DNA from: Candidatus Bathyarchaeia archaeon | GTDB lineage: Archaea; Thermoproteota; Bathyarchaeia; Bathyarchaeales; Bathyarchaeaceae | Length of the DNA: 64,000 nucleotides | Direction of reading: 5' to 3' | Assembly (NCBI GenBank): GCA_035283685.1 | Contig: DATETJ010000003.1 | Span: 842 to 64,841, forward strand | In this document: positions 1 to 7,840 of the stretch, one piece after another | How the letters are laid out: every line of letters starts with the position of its first letter | Numbering within the stretch: the stretch's first letter is position 1 | Position numbers and translations under genes: made by a program | The notes under the pieces: generated by a model | Seen by the model: only the letters and a program-made list of their open reading frames with translations | What the model was told of the DNA's origin: nothing | Databases searched by the model: none

Positions 1-192
1 GGTCGAGTCGAGTTTAAGATCGGAAAGATCCAGTTTAAGGGCAACGCTCGAATTGCTAAAGGTGGGGAGGCTTTTGAATTGGGAAAACATGCTCTCTACC
101 TTAAATATTATGGCAATGCAGACGAAGACACAATTAACGACTGGTTCTCAGAGTCAACAATAATTGAGATTTCAACGATTGATATGCTGTAA
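1..192 (+). CDS. hypothetical protein, 3' fragment (ORF enters from upstream of window)
   Basis: Frame 1 is open from base 1 to TAA 190-192 (...KYYGNADEDTINDWFSESTIIEISTIDML*). It is absent from the ORF track because it has no start in the window. No family recognised. Confidence 0.3.
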   Translation, partial: GRVEFKIGKIQFKGNARIAKGGEAFELGKHALYLKYYGNADEDTINDWFSESTIIEISTIDML

Positions 193-299
193 AGGTGAGA
201 TTCACTACGAATCCCCTACTAGAATTTCTATCCCAAACCCAAACAGAAGGCGCGCGCTTGCAAAGTTTTCGCTAGTTAGCTAAAAATAGAAAGACCTGG

Positions 300-560
300 T
301 CAAATTTTGCGCTGTTTGGTAACCTTATCTGACTCGGAAATTTCCTCTTCTCTCAACAGGGTCTCGCTTAATAATCTAATTAGCTCACTTACGATTTTTT
401 TCAATACAGGTTTATCACACGTTTCAAGATCAAAAGTTCCATCCGGCGTCTTAGCTTGCGCATAGTTTTGCATGATGAACTGCTGTATTATTCTTTCAAT
501 ATAACCCGATTTTTCCTGTTTAATTTCCTCTCTTATATCTCCTAAATCTATTCTACTCAT
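300..560 (-). CDS. hypothetical small acidic protein
   Basis: 86-aa track ORF with no competing ORF and no recognisable motif. Confidence 0.4.
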   Translation of the reverse strand: MSRIDLGDIREEIKQEKSGYIERIIQQFIMQNYAQAKTPDGTFDLETCDKPVLKKIVSELIRLLSETLLREEEISESDKVTKQRKI

Positions 561-630
561 TTTTCTTCACACCTATGAATTCATAACGCACCAGCAATAA
601 AACTAACGCTAGCTAGCTTTTTTTGTGTCT

Positions 631-779
631 CCGTCGTCGTTATTTTGCGTCGTCGTCGTCTCGTCGTCGTTTCCCCTGTGTGTGTGATCGAAATTCTATG
701 CACACACACAGTTTGACTGACTATCTGACTGACACTCTCTCTGAGTCACGTAGAGAGTGACACACAGAGAGAGACACAC
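631..779. repeat. low-complexity tri-/dinucleotide tracts with nested inverted repeats
   Basis: (CGT)n runs at 631-670. CTGTGTGTGTG 676-686 is complementary to CACACACACAG 701-711. GACTGAC occurs twice. CACTCTCT 733-740 pairs with AGAGAGTG 752-759. (AG)n/(AC)n runs continue to 779. The cluster lies in a divergent intergenic region. Confidence 0.8.
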
Positions 780-862
780 GCAAGATAGACAAAAATATAT
801 GAGCAACAGATGAAGAAAGCTGTTTAGAGCCGAACTCTAGGAAATAGACCAAGTGAAGCAAA

Positions 863-1279
863 TTGGCTGAAGATAGGTTAAACAGACTTAATCTATTTGA
901 AGCGGTGGTTTTTGCCCTCTATGGTAATTGGCTGATTTCTCTCCTTGTTGACAAAATAAGTTTTTCAAAATTCCCAGCTTCTTTCAACGTGTTTGGAGAG
1001 TGGTATCAGGCTGTCTGTGTTGGGCTTGCATTTTTCTGTCTGATAATTCTTTTTGCATTTTCAATATTTGCACCTAATTCCGTGAGAAATTGGTCTGTTT
1101 TTGTTATATATACTGGTCACGTTGTTGGGATATATGCAGCGTTCTCCGTTGAGGGTTGGACTCGTTCCAATTTAGTTTTCTTTTTTATTGGTCTTGCCCT
1201 CTTTTGGACAACCTTTGTCATCGAACTTAGAAGGATACGACTGAGTAGGGAAAGAGTCAATGCTCCCCCGCCTACCTGA
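863..1279 (+). CDS. small integral membrane protein (hypothetical)
   Basis: 138-aa ORF with a TTG start and about 4 hydrophobic helices (LFEAVVFALYGNWLISLLV, VCVGLAFFCLIILFAFSIF, VFVIYTGHVVGIYAAF, LVFFFIGLALFWTTFVI). Confidence 0.5.
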   Translation: MAEDRLNRLNLFEAVVFALYGNWLISLLVDKISFSKFPASFNVFGEWYQAVCVGLAFFCLIILFAFSIFAPNSVRNWSVFVIYTGHVVGIYAAFSVEGWTRSNLVFFFIGLALFWTTFVIELRRIRLSRERVNAPPPT

Positions 1280-1441
1280 GAACTTCGACTTTTTTCTCAA
1301 CCCAGAATTTTTGTCTTAATGTGGAGCGCCACAGAAAAAGACAAAATCGAAGCAGGCAGAGGTTGATTTCGGGAAGTGGAAAGGCAAGTTATGAGTTCTT
1401 TAGGTGTGAAGACCTAACTTCCCCATGGCGTGTGTGAGAAG

Positions 1442-2152
1442 TCAGACCAAAATAGATACTTTTTTGACATAATTGTTCCAGACAAATGTTATTACGAGAC
1501 TCAGGTAGAAAGAAAATCCATGAGCAACAACGTTGACTCCAACGCCAACGCTCAAGAATATTTCAGGTGAAAGAAAAATCTGAACAAGTAGCGAAATCAA
1601 AACTAAAAGATTGAATAGGACCATGAGTTTCGTGGATTTTTCTTGGGTTTTGAATTTTTCCCAATTCAAAATACTTAGACCATTGATAAGTGAGAACCCC
1701 AATAAGACTCCCTGAACAGCATAAACAACCCCAGAAGCTCCAAGTGATGGTTGAGAAGTCAAGAAGACCCAAAAGATATTTGATGCAACTGCTGACCCAA
1801 AAGCGCAGACCAAGAAAAATGACTGGATTCTTCTTTTAGTTTCGGATGTCAGACTGCTGTTGCAGACCGCGAACAGAAGCGTATATGCGAAAAGCCCGAC
1901 CATGTTATAAGCAAGATGTATCGGACTCGAATGAACAAAAATAGAAGTCACGATGCCCCAAGGTGTTGCTCGGGACAACTCGAGAATGGAATTTGTAGGA
2001 GGATAAATTGAAAAGCTTATGTAAAGTGCTATACTGGAGACTAGGAGAAAAATACACGCTGAGAGAATTCTTCTGAAATCAAAAACAGTTCTCGAAAATG
2101 CCTGAATGCTCACTCTCAATTTCAGATTATTCTTTTTCACGATTGCAATCAC
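1442..2152 (-). CDS. rhomboid-family intramembrane serine protease
   Basis: Has the TM2 H..N motif (IFVHSSPIHLAYNMVGLF), the catalytic GxSG (LGASGVVYAVQG) and the TM6 His (VVAHGFSFYL). Multi-TM throughout. Confidence 0.75.
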   Translation of the reverse strand: MIAIVKKNNLKLRVSIQAFSRTVFDFRRILSACIFLLVSSIALYISFSIYPPTNSILELSRATPWGIVTSIFVHSSPIHLAYNMVGLFAYTLLFAVCNSSLTSETKRRIQSFFLVCAFGSAVASNIFWVFLTSQPSLGASGVVYAVQGVLLGFSLINGLSILNWEKFKTQEKSTKLMVLFNLLVLISLLVQIFLSPEIFLSVGVGVNVVAHGFSFYLSLVITFVWNNYVKKVSILV

Positions 2153-2226
2153 ATTGTTTGTAGATTTATTCTTTTAGAGCGCGCTAGGTAAACTGAGGAT
2201 TATCTGTCGGATTCAACTGAGAGAGA

Positions 2227-3258
2227 TTAGTCTTTATGCTTTTGTATCTCAGAAAGAGAGTTGATAGTTTCTTTTCGCAATGCAGCCTCAATAAATTCTG
2301 ACTTTACTATTCCCAGAATATCCAAGTTATCTTGAAAGAGTCTCTTTTGGGCATCCTTGAGTTTTTGAAGGTCTTTTTTCTCTTCTTTTGTTTCTTTCGG
2401 TTCTTTCGTTTTCTTCTCGCTGATGCGTGCATGAGACAAACGATGTCTTATTTCCGAAAAGCGCTTTTGTCGGTCTTTGTTTTCTGGAAGCACGAAAATT
2501 GCTTCGAATGCTTTGCCATTCAAATCAAAAGCGATTTTGTAGGCATTCATAAAGCTGTCATCGAAATTGCCCTCGACAAAAGAATCAAGAGATAAACGAA
2601 GATAATGCATAAGCAAGTCAACATCGTTGCGGGTATTTTCATCCGAAATCCTCTTTAGAAATTCATCCTTGATATTTCGTATGAATTTTCCTCTATCACT
2701 TATTCCGAGTTCTCTGTGTAGAATTAGAGTCCTCCATGACATGTTTGAGCCAATTATTGATGTGATACTGAAGAGGAGCATCGTTAATCCGAAAAACATG
2801 TCTGAAGTACGTCCCTCTACCGTTTGCGACAATCCCAATGTCAAAAGCAAGCCAACGAAAAAGATCGAGAAAGTTGGAATCATTGGAAAGTCTCCAAGTC
2901 TTTTTCTTGTGAATAAGTGAACCACTAAAGGTATGGAAACCAAGGAAGCAGCACCCAACCCATACACTGCAAGGTAAACATCAGTAATAGGCACATGTCG
3001 AGCTACCCAATACAACAATGATATTGCTTGGACAGAAAAACACGAAAACATGTAGAAGACATATGTGATGCTCAATGTAGTAGTTAACAGCATTTGCCCT
3101 ATCAACATCATGCAGACAGTAATGGCAATAGAAATGAACAGTAGGTCAAATCTAAAAATCAGCAAAACATTCACTACAATGAACGCTACTGAAAACAAGG
3201 CGAGGTAAGCGTTTACGTTATTGAGAAGGTTTTTTCTTAGACGGGTGAACACATCCAA
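2227..3258 (-). CDS. polytopic membrane protein with C-terminal helical HEPN-like domain
   Basis: The N-terminal ~175 aa hold 5-6 TM helices. The C-terminal soluble part is all-helical and carries an Rx4H string (EIRHRLSHA), followed by a Lys/Glu-rich tail. Confidence 0.45.
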   Translation of the reverse strand: MDVFTRLRKNLLNNVNAYLALFSVAFIVVNVLLIFRFDLLFISIAITVCMMLIGQMLLTTTLSITYVFYMFSCFSVQAISLLYWVARHVPITDVYLAVYGLGAASLVSIPLVVHLFTRKRLGDFPMIPTFSIFFVGLLLTLGLSQTVEGRTSDMFFGLTMLLFSITSIIGSNMSWRTLILHRELGISDRGKFIRNIKDEFLKRISDENTRNDVDLLMHYLRLSLDSFVEGNFDDSFMNAYKIAFDLNGKAFEAIFVLPENKDRQKRFSEIRHRLSHARISEKKTKEPKETKEEKKDLQKLKDAQKRLFQDNLDILGIVKSEFIEAALRKETINSLSEIQKHKD

Positions 3259-3431
3259 TTCATTTTTCCCTCAGGCTATAAGCGTATTAGCTTAGACTAT
3301 CGGATTCGTTCCAGCTCCTGAACCCAAAACGAATCTCGATTGAATACTACCTGCCTGTTCTTTGTGTCAACATAAGGTTTTCCACGAGTCATCATACAAT
3401 TCCCCAAACAGACCTATGCATAATGCCGGAA

Positions 3432-3680
3432 GCTTGTTGTTGACACCTAGAGTAGTTGGGCATCAGCATCCATACAGTCAGGAGTCCGCAAACATGGAAG
3501 TAGTAGTCAACGTACACGCGGCGCAGACTACTACTTCTAAACCTGAAGCACCTCGGCATTACTACAATTTCTATGCAGAAGCTAACGACTCGTAAAAATT
3601 CAGATCGCTATAAACAGTCTGCGCCTGCAAGTTCAACTACAACGGTCCAAGCACAGCCAGCAACACAACCATGTCGGCTT
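3432..3680 (+). repeat. noncoding dispersed repeat, copy A
   Basis: Colinear with 5887-6130. It contains a 51-nt block (3491-3541) identical to 5946-5996, with a 12-bp-stem hairpin at 3497-3537. Confidence 0.8.
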
Positions 3681-4688
3681 TCACGCTATCGCGGCTCTTC
3701 TCAGCACTGCTAAGTCGCCCTCCTCAGGTGAAAGGTCGGTGGGAACAAACAAGTGCCCATTGTAGTAATCCATGCTGCTTATTTCAGGTAAATTGAGCCT
3801 AAACGGATCTTTCTCTTCAGGCTTGTTGCTGACGCCCTTAACGCTATGGTAGTTTCCAGCAATCGTTCTTATCGTGCCTGACTTCCTGTAAATCATTCTC
3901 ACGACGTGATTCATCCGGTCCCCCACGAAGATATTTCCTTCCTCGTCAAGCGACAGGGATATTGGTCCGTCGAATCGCGCCGCTGGATCACTGCCAAAGG
4001 TAGCTTTCAGGGCGTCTCCATCGTCTCCTTCATAACCTGCCTTTCCGGTTCCTGCTAAGGTATTGACCACACGACGTTTCAGGTCAATCAACCTAACCGC
4101 GAAATTCCTGCTATCCAGAACGTAGATGTTACCACCAGGTCCTCTCCTTATGTCGTAGATCCAGCTGAATTTTGCTTCACCAAAATCTACTGCGCCAGAC
4201 TGGAAACCAGATGTGCCATCACCAAGGGTTAACACAGGCTTACCTGTGCCGTCAAACCTCCAAATCTTGCAACCTTTGACCTCGTTCACCCACACTAAGC
4301 ATTCATCGTCCACCACACAGTTGCCAGCATCTTTCATCCCTAATCTGGAACCATCAACGAACAATTCGGCTTTCTTTCTTTCAACATCAATGCGATAAAG
4401 GCGGGCGTCGCCGAAGTTTGAGACTGTAAGGGTGCCATCGGGCAGATTGTCTATGTACATGGGATAATTCAGTTCTGCAACGATGTTAGGCGTGCCCTCA
4501 AAAACTTGACGCGCCGCCACTGTCCACTCGAGTCGATCATCTTCTCCTATGAGACCTAGGAAGTGCTTTTGATGAAAAATTGCATAGTGATTTCCAGCCC
4601 TGTCATGAAAACCGAAATGCGGCAACCCATCCTTCAAGAAGTCCCCTGCTCCGAAGTGAACTATCCTTTCAACGACCCAGTCAGCCAA
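3681..4688 (-). CDS. NHL-repeat beta-propeller protein
   Basis: Shows recurrent NHL-like blades (GNIYVLDSRNFAVRLID, GNIFVGDRMNHVVRMI, GTLTVSNFGDARLYRID). Confidence 0.7.
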   Translation of the reverse strand: MADWVVERIVHFGAGDFLKDGLPHFGFHDRAGNHYAIFHQKHFLGLIGEDDRLEWTVAARQVFEGTPNIVAELNYPMYIDNLPDGTLTVSNFGDARLYRIDVERKKAELFVDGSRLGMKDAGNCVVDDECLVWVNEVKGCKIWRFDGTGKPVLTLGDGTSGFQSGAVDFGEAKFSWIYDIRRGPGGNIYVLDSRNFAVRLIDLKRRVVNTLAGTGKAGYEGDDGDALKATFGSDPAARFDGPISLSLDEEGNIFVGDRMNHVVRMIYRKSGTIRTIAGNYHSVKGVSNKPEEKDPFRLNLPEISSMDYYNGHLFVPTDLSPEEGDLAVLRRAAIA

Positions 4689-4744
4689 AACCGCATCTCC
4701 AAGCCCTCATTAATCCACGCCAGCATATTTAGTTTGATGAACAT

Positions 4745-4935
4745 TACTCCTTCGGACGCCCTCAAACATGAGGCGCAAACCACTGCTTCCAAACAGAAAC
4801 CACTTCAGTGTAATCACCTGACCTAAGCGAAAGTTAATAACATCTGAAACACTCAGACCCGCATTCCAACATCCAAGAAGTTGCTGTAACAAAGCACTAC
4901 ACCAGTCAACACCGCTGAAAAACACAAAACAGCGC
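4745..4935 (+). repeat. noncoding dispersed repeat, copy B (degenerate; lacks the 5' half of the hairpin)
   Basis: Aligns with 5990-6140. The shared 19-nt core AAGTTAATAACATCTGAAA sits at 4830-4848. Confidence 0.7.
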
Positions 4936-4995
4936 CTGTTTCTTTCTGGAAAACTTTATTTCAGTTGAAGCATAAACTGCATTTAGGTTCAAGCA

Positions 4996-5220
4996 ATGGT
5001 CGAAGTCAAGAATCTGAAACTCACAGTTGTCTTAAGGAAAGAAGAAGAGGGAGGTTACTCAGCCCAGTGCCTGGAGCTCCCAGGAGCCATCAGCCAGGGA
5101 GAAACAAGAAAAGAAACCCTCACCAACATCCGAGAAGCCATAGAAGGCTACTTGGAAGCATTCCCAGAAGAGCTGGAACATCTCAAGCGAAAGAGAGAGT
5201 TGGTGCAAATAACTGTCTGA
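4996..5220 (+). CDS. hicB: HicB-family antitoxin (UPF0150-type)
   Basis: 74 aa. The string EEGGYSAQCLELPGAISQGETRKETLTNIREAIEGYLE is typical of the HicB N-terminal fold. An adjacent hicA-like ORF overlaps its stop codon. Confidence 0.8.
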   Translation: MVEVKNLKLTVVLRKEEEGGYSAQCLELPGAISQGETRKETLTNIREAIEGYLEAFPEELEHLKRKRELVQITV

Positions 5221-5440
5221 GAAGCTACCAACCCTTTCTTGGCGAAAAATAATCAAGGCACTCAACAAAGCTGATTTCAAGGTCGTTCATCAAAGAGGCA
5301 GCCACATATTTCTGACGGATGGTAAGCACAAGGTCACAGTTCCACGACATGAAGCAGTAAAGAAAGGTACCCTTCTTTCGATAATGGCTCAAGCAGGACT
5401 AACAAAAGAAGAATTTCTGAAACTTTTGAGAAAAAAGTGA
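5213..5440 (+). CDS. hicA: HicA-family mRNA interferase toxin; no ATG/GTG/TTG start (possible CTG 5213, or an inactivated gene)
   Basis: Not in the ORF track. The frame is open from the stop at 5210-5212 to TGA 5438-5440 and translates as LSEKLPTLSWRKIIKALNKADFKVVHQRGSHIFLTDGKHKVTVPRHEAVKKGTLLSIMAQAGLTKEEFLKLLRKK. This carries the HicA hallmark GSH...VP.H...KGTL. Confidence 0.65.
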   Translation: MSEKLPTLSWRKIIKALNKADFKVVHQRGSHIFLTDGKHKVTVPRHEAVKKGTLLSIMAQAGLTKEEFLKLLRKK

Positions 5441-5528
5441 ACCAAAAAGAAAACTGACCTCTCCCGTAATATTGAAAGATTGGATTCATAACATCCGACT
5501 TGGATAGAATACTCAAGAGGGAAATCCT

Positions 5529-5744
5529 GTGGAGGCAACAGTAGAAAACATAGAAAAACTCGACGTAACATACGACAAAGAACGAGACATACTCTACATA
5601 AGCTTCGGCAAACCAACAGAAGCCGACGAATCCAAACTAACCCAAAACGACATAGTAGTAAGATACAAACACGGAAAAGTCATAGGCCTCACAGTCATAA
5701 GCTTCTCAAAAAGACTACCCTCAGAACACCAAACAGCGCAGTAA
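5529..5744 (+). CDS. DUF2283-family small protein
   Basis: GTG start. The motif LDVTYDKERDILYISFG is characteristic of DUF2283. Confidence 0.65.
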   Translation: MEATVENIEKLDVTYDKERDILYISFGKPTEADESKLTQNDIVVRYKHGKVIGLTVISFSKRLPSEHQTAQ

Positions 5745-5886
5745 ACGAAACCACGTCTCCAAGCAACCTTCTCCTAACCAATAAGGAACGAACCCTACTT
5801 CAAGAAATAAGCAGTCTACTTGAGGAAATCATCAAAACCATAGACCATAAAAGAACCCAAACAGACCACCAGAGAAAAGCGCTCAA

Positions 5887-6525
5887 ACTTTGTTGATGAC
5901 ACTAAGAGCAGTTGGGCATCAACGCCCACACAGCCAGCCGCCTACAACATGGAAGTAGTAGTCAACGTACACGCGGCGCAGACTACTACTTCTAAAGCAG
6001 AAACCCACCTCGGTGTTATTACTGATTCTAAGCGGAAGTTAATAACATCTGAAAAGAAACCCACCTCCGACATCGAAGAAGTTGTTGTGGCAAACCCTTC
6101 AACGTCAACAACAACTTCAAAACAGCCACAGCCCTTAACACATGACATTGGGAGGCGTTGATGTCACCCGGAACACACTGATGATGACGTCCGTACAGCT
6201 TCAGCCACACCCATACGTGATGATGATGAAACCATAGCGAAAGTCAACTTCATCACGCACACAATCACAACACTGGCAGAAGAAGGCCTTAAGGGTATGT
6301 CACCTTCTTCTTCGACACAGTCTTCACAGCCGCAGCGCTCAACATACTCAAAGCCACGCATACCAACATTAAACGTCACGCATGCCAACATTGAACGTCA
6401 CGCTAAAACACGAGCCAACAGTGCCAGAAACACCATACAGAACCATGAACAGGGCCTAAAAAGCAAACTGAAAAGTGGAACTTTCACGCTGAAAAAAATT
6501 TTCAGCACTCATACTAATAGACCCC
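5887..6525 (+). repeat. noncoding dispersed repeat, copy C (longest; left arm of the inverted pair)
   Basis: Hairpins at 5952-5992 and 6078-6120. Core motif at 6036-6054. A 22-bp tandem unit is present about 2.5 times at 6355-6423. It is colinear with the reverse complement of 16431-16905. Confidence 0.85.
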
Positions 6526-6547
6526 AACCCTGACGCCATGAATCCGC

Positions 6548-7687
6548 CTACGCCTCACGCTTAAGCAGATGCCCCAACATAACCGCGAACTCATCCAAAC
6601 GGTCTATGCTAATATTCTCACCTATCACGTGACCCACATGCCCAGGACCCATAATCACAGTCTTGATGCCAGCCATATGATACAGGTACATGGAATCAGT
6701 TCTTCCCAAACCAATACGCAGTTGAGGTTGATACCCAACAACGCGTTCACACGACTTCACAGCCAGCTTAACCACGTCTTCCTCTTTATCAACGAGGTAA
6801 GGCAACTGCACATTTGAACTGAACTCACATTTCACTTTGACATCCTGCAAGTTCTCAAGCGCGGACCGAATCGTCTGAATTATCGCCTGAGGATCCTCAT
6901 TTGGCAGAATCCTTCTCTCACAAGTTATCCTGCACTCGCTTGGAACAATGTTTATGGCTCTGCCGCCTTCGATCAGAGCCACGTTAACAGGCATTTCTCC
7001 CACAAAATCACCCATCTTAAATTTGCCCAACGGAATCTGCCTCAACGCCGCTATTACATTGACCATGTCGTAAATGGCGTTCTTTCCTTGATGCGGCGTC
7101 GACGAATGCGCTTCTTTTCCAATCGTCGTAACTGTGAAAGAGACTCGCCCAGTGCATCCGAGGCTCACTGTCCACTTGTCGTTCCGAACTGTGGGCTCAA
7201 TGTTTACGCCATAGTCAGCAGTAAACCCACGATTATTAGAGAGAAAATACGGCATACCCAGCAGTCTCTTTCCACCTAGTTGGATTCCATTATCCTCGTA
7301 GTTCACGAACTGAACAATCAACTTGGCAAACCGCGAACTGTCCAAACACGAAAGCGCAGCCAAAGTAGCAGCAATCCCTCCCTTCGCATCAGAGGCTCCA
7401 AGCCCAATCAGCCGAGTGCCTTTCCGCTTGGGCACCAACGCGTCACCCCATTCAATCGAGGGCGGCACAGTGTCAAAATGCGTGTTCAAGAGGAAGACTT
7501 TATCTCCATTGAACGTTCTTTCAGCTGTAACGTTGAAAAGATCGTCAAGCGTAACCTGAAAGCCCAGCGCCTCAAGCTGTGCAGACAGGAAATGGGCGCA
7601 GTCTTGCATGCCCTTTTCAACTTTGTCCAACGTGACTTGATATGTGGGAAACTCGATCAGTTGCTTCAAAATTTCAACAGCGTTCAT
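6548..7687 (-). CDS. M20-family metallohydrolase (ArgE/DapE/LysK-like deacylase)
   Basis: 379 aa with LLNTHFDTVP (metal His/Asp), GLGASDAKGG and a C-terminal HVIGENISI. Confidence 0.75.
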   Translation of the reverse strand: MNAVEILKQLIEFPTYQVTLDKVEKGMQDCAHFLSAQLEALGFQVTLDDLFNVTAERTFNGDKVFLLNTHFDTVPPSIEWGDALVPKRKGTRLIGLGASDAKGGIAATLAALSCLDSSRFAKLIVQFVNYEDNGIQLGGKRLLGMPYFLSNNRGFTADYGVNIEPTVRNDKWTVSLGCTGRVSFTVTTIGKEAHSSTPHQGKNAIYDMVNVIAALRQIPLGKFKMGDFVGEMPVNVALIEGGRAINIVPSECRITCERRILPNEDPQAIIQTIRSALENLQDVKVKCEFSSNVQLPYLVDKEEDVVKLAVKSCERVVGYQPQLRIGLGRTDSMYLYHMAGIKTVIMGPGHVGHVIGENISIDRLDEFAVMLGHLLKREA

Positions 7688-7840
7688 ATTCTTGGCAACC
7701 TACTCGTGGCTTTGAACTTCAGAGGTATCCTGTTGAGTGCAGATAAAATCTTGCAATGGGATGCCGAACCCGTCTGGAATGATTTTAATATGGGATCAGC
7801 CATATCATCTGCTTCCAAATTCATGGGAGCATGCACATTC

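Noticed and set aside
3362-6161. Track ORFs 3362..3595 and 5949..6161, which share the peptide MEVVVNVHAAQTTTSK
   Set aside because: The shared peptide coincides exactly with the 51-nt identical hairpin block. Immediately outside it the two copies differ by indels that break the frame, so the conservation is at the nucleotide or structure level.
6157-6240. Box C-like strings (CUGAUGAUGA, GUGAUGAUGAUGA) and an ORB-like TTCCGGGTGAC in repeat copy C
   Set aside because: No CUGA D or D' boxes occur at 10-12-nt spacing, so it is not a C/D sRNA. There is no orc1/cdc6 gene, and the matching copy is 10 kb away in inverted orientation, so it is not called an oriC.
3432-6525. Integron-like reading of repeats A-C as attC sites separating gene cassettes (NHL, hicBA, DUF2283)
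   Set aside because: The repeats are 190-640 bp, far larger than attC sites. No GTTRRRY-type R'/R'' pair was found. Cassette orientations differ, and no integron integrase is adjacent. It is kept only as a remote alternative.
7280-7840. 187-codon N-terminal extension of the thiolase ORF
   Set aside because: It lies antisense to the M20 hydrolase gene and is rich in Ser/Arg/Pro. Thiolase homology begins at MSGKPLVSIV (7841).
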